Part shown: piece by piece, positions 29,853 to 32,000 of the stretch
How positions within the stretch are numbered: position 1 is the stretch's first letter
Layout: every line of letters begins with the position of its first letter
NCBI GenBank assembly: GCA_049323615.1
Contig: JBMOPD010000007.1
Span: forward strand, 39,232 to 71,231
Source: Bacillota bacterium
GTDB taxonomy: Bacteria; Bacillota; Desulfotomaculia; Desulfotomaculales; Desulfocucumaceae
DNA: 32,000 nucleotides
Reading direction: 5' to 3'
Position numbers and translations under genes: made by a program
The notes under the pieces: generated by a model
Told to the model about the DNA's origin: nothing
Seen by the model: the letters and a program-made list of their open reading frames with translations, nothing else
The model's database searches: none

Positions 29853-31346
29853 TTAGGGGTTGGAGGTCAGGGCCAGGGGGAGTATAATGGCGAATATGCT
29901 GCCCGCCCCCACGGCGCTGGCCAGTTCTATCCGCCCTCCGTGTTTTTGCACGATCCACTGGGCAATGGACAGTCCCAGCCCGGAGCCGCTCCTGCCCCGG
30001 GCGGCCGTTCCCCTGTAAAAGCGCTTGAATATTTCCGGCCTGTCCTCCTCCGGGATACCCGGCCCGGTATCTTTTACGTATATGGCCACCTGCCCCGGTT
30101 CCACCCGGATCGGTCCAATGCCCCCGGTGGAACCTGGTTGCCCTTCTCCGATCACGCTTTCCCCCAGGGCTACGCCCAGGCATATTTCACCCTCCTCCGG
30201 GGTATACTTGACGGCGTTGTCAACCAGTATGCTGACGGCCTGTACCATCAAATCGGGGTTTACATCCACCTTCAGGTCTTCAGCAAGCCCGCTTGTACCC
30301 TCCGTCCGTATCTCCCTGCCGGTAAGAAACTTCAGCCCGCCGGATACCCGGCCCATCAGTTCAGGCAGCGGCACCAGGCCGGTTTCTATACCCTGGCCGG
30401 CATCCGCCCTGGCCAGGTACAGCAGGTTGGACACCAGGCCGGTCAGCCTCTCGGCCTCCCCGGCGATGTCGGCCAGGGCCTCGGCCCTGGTGGCGGGGTC
30501 CCGGTCACCCATCCTGATCAGCAGTTCGGCATTTCCCCTGATGGTGGTCAGCGGTGTGCGCAGCTCATGGGATGCGTCGGCCACAAAGCGCCTCTGGGCC
30601 TCGTTTATTTCCTCCAGCCTGCTGTACAGGTTTTCCAGCCTTTCCAGCATCCCGTTGAGGGTCTCCACCAGTTTGTACAGTTCGTCCCTCGGCCCCCGGT
30701 ACTGGATGCGCCTTTTTAAATCACTGCCCTGCTGAATTGAAGCCGCCGCTTCAATGATCTTTTCCACGGGCTTAAAGGCCGCCCCGGCCAGGGACCAGCC
30801 CAGAAATCCGGCGGCCAGAACGGTCACCAGGCCGCCCAGCAATATCATCAGCCTCAGGCGGCTCAACACCGTTTCCACCTGGAAAAGGGACCGCCCCACC
30901 TGCAGGATGCCGATCAGCTGCCCGTCCAGGATCAGGGGGTAATTATAGATCCTGATTACCTGCCGGCCGTAGCGGACATTCTCGTAAAACTCCCTTCCGG
31001 CGGCCGCAGTCCGGAGGGTGTCCTCACTCATGGGCAGGAACTGGAGGCCCAGGTTGCCCGACCTGGTAACCAGCCTCCCCCCGGCGTCCAGCACCTGGAG
31101 GTATGTTCCCGGAGAAGAGAATACATCAACATCGGGCAAAATGACCTCACGCAGGTCAAAGGAAGCCCTGGAAATTTTAGTGGACTTTACCACCGAGGCG
31201 GCCATGGTGGAAATGCTGCGGTCAACCTCGGCGCGCAAGATCCCGTACATTGTAAAATAGACGATAAAGCCGAAGATCGCCAGGGTCAGCCCCAGCACCA
31301 CGGTATAAAGAAAGGTCAGCCTCAGCCGTACGGACATTTCTTTCAC
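29853..31346 (-). CDS. Two-component sensor histidine kinase (2 TM, HAMP, HisKA, HATPase_c)
   Basis: 497 aa. It has the H-box ASHELRTPLTTIRG, the G1 box KDTGPGIPEED and the G2 box GSGLGLSIA. The true start may be ATG 31337 (MSVRLRL). Confidence 0.9.
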   Translation of the reverse strand: MKEMSVRLRLTFLYTVVLGLTLAIFGFIVYFTMYGILRAEVDRSISTMAASVVKSTKISRASFDLREVILPDVDVFSSPGTYLQVLDAGGRLVTRSGNLGLQFLPMSEDTLRTAAAGREFYENVRYGRQVIRIYNYPLILDGQLIGILQVGRSLFQVETVLSRLRLMILLGGLVTVLAAGFLGWSLAGAAFKPVEKIIEAAASIQQGSDLKRRIQYRGPRDELYKLVETLNGMLERLENLYSRLEEINEAQRRFVADASHELRTPLTTIRGNAELLIRMGDRDPATRAEALADIAGEAERLTGLVSNLLYLARADAGQGIETGLVPLPELMGRVSGGLKFLTGREIRTEGTSGLAEDLKVDVNPDLMVQAVSILVDNAVKYTPEEGEICLGVALGESVIGEGQPGSTGGIGPIRVEPGQVAIYVKDTGPGIPEEDRPEIFKRFYRGTAARGRSGSGLGLSIAQWIVQKHGGRIELASAVGAGSIFAIILPLALTSNP

Positions 31347-31376
31347 ACCTTACCGCATTGAATTCATGATCAGAAT

Positions 31377-31411
<35 letters not shown>

Positions 31412-31508
31412 AAAAATAACCAATTCCTTGCCGAAGTGTACGGAGGGGGGAGGACCTTTCAGGCCGGGCAATAAATAGTCGCAAGTCGTCTGACGTCGGA
31501 CTTCGGAA

Positions 31509-31536
31509 CTGAAGACTGAAGACTGATGACCGACGA
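31509..31536. repeat. Heptamer array CTGAAGA CTGAAGA CTGATGA CCGACGA
   Basis: Direct reading. It resembles the CTGAC/CCGAC heptads at 15300-15334. Confidence 0.8.
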
Positions 31537-31603
31537 CCAATTTAACGCACCCCCGGCCACAGATTTTCATTATCTGTGGTGCCGTATTTATACGGCATGA
31601 GGG

Positions 31604-31638
31604 TCTGAATTCTGGATTCTGGATTCTGGATTCTGACC
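31604..31638. repeat. Heptamer array TCTGAAT (TCTGGAT)x3 TCTGACC, abutting the response-regulator stop codon
   Basis: Direct reading. Its reverse complement (GTCAGAATCCAGAATCCAGA...) matches 15051-15065. Confidence 0.9.
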
Positions 31639-32000
31639 CTAGGGCATTTCTTTTAAGACATAGCCAACCCCCCGGACGGTATGTAGCAGCCTTCTTTCTC
31701 CGCCCTCTTCCAGCTTCTGCCTGATCATGCCCACGTATACCTCCAGCACGTTTGACTCGCCGCTGTAGTCGTACCCCCATACCCTGTCCATCAGCGTGTC
31801 CCTGGTCAGCACCTGTCTGGGGTGCTCCATGAAAATCAGCAGCATGTCAAATTCCCTGGCCGTCAGCCGTATTTCCCGCTCTCCCCTGAATACCTCCCGG
31901 GTCCCGGTGTCCAGGGTCAGATCCGCAAAGGATAATCTGCGCTTCCCCTCTGCGGCGGGTTTCTGGCGGCGCAGCAGGGCCCTTACCCTGGCCAAAAACT
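31639..32000 (-). CDS. OmpR/PhoB-family response regulator, C-terminal winged-helix part (5' end beyond the window)
   Basis: LTAREFDMLLIFMEHPRQVLTRDTLMDRVWGYDY..LEVYVGMIRQKL..LHTVRGVGYVL is the Trans_reg_C signature. The frame stays open to the window end. Confidence 0.9.
   Translation of the reverse strand, partial: FLARVRALLRRQKPAAEGKRRLSFADLTLDTGTREVFRGEREIRLTAREFDMLLIFMEHPRQVLTRDTLMDRVWGYDYSGESNVLEVYVGMIRQKLEEGGERRLLHTVRGVGYVLKEMP

Overview
This is a high-GC (roughly 55-60%) chromosomal window. Gene content and GGAGG-type ribosome-binding sites suggest a strictly anaerobic Firmicute of the Peptococcaceae/Desulfotomaculum-Pelotomaculum type; that taxonomic call is inference only. Almost all genes lie on the minus strand. 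All protein calls rest on motif recognition by eye, with no database search.

Contents from left to right:
(1) A partial membrane protein.
(2) Two tandem drug-efflux modules driven by near-identical sigmaA-type promoters. One is adaptor-RND. The other is adaptor-HlyD-MFS(DHA2).
(3) An ADP-forming acetyl-CoA synthetase paired with a DRTGG/Pta-N-terminal-like protein.
(4) A small hypothetical protein, a free-standing archaeal-type ThrRS editing-domain protein, a TtcA-like PP-loop tRNA thiolase and an HDAC-family deacetylase.
(5) A 7-gene aromatic-compound cluster: a XylR/DmpR-type sensor domain fused to GAF and PucR outputs, PpsA-like and PpsB-like phenylphosphate-synthase subunits, one UbiD-family carboxylase, a Tm-1-like UPF0261 protein, an aryl-CoA ligase and UbiX.
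(6) A frameshifted and truncated GalT-like gene remnant.
(7) An AT-richer accessory patch holding a 4-TM holin-family protein, a tiny ORF, several intrinsic terminators and candidate small transcripts.
(8) A 524-aa protein that fuses a class III nucleotidyl cyclase domain to a CD-NTase/SMODS-like nucleotidyltransferase domain.
(9) A sensor kinase and an OmpR-type response regulator, separated by a 292-bp block of heptanucleotide tandem repeats.

The most unusual items are:
- the cyclase-NTase fusion;
- the non-canonical PpsAB/UbiD/UbiX/UPF0261 cluster and its regulator;
- a dispersed family of 7-bp-period tandem repeats, similar in form to cyanobacterial STRR repeats, with inverted ends at several intergenic sites.

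No rRNA, tRNA, CRISPR array, transposase or integrase was seen.
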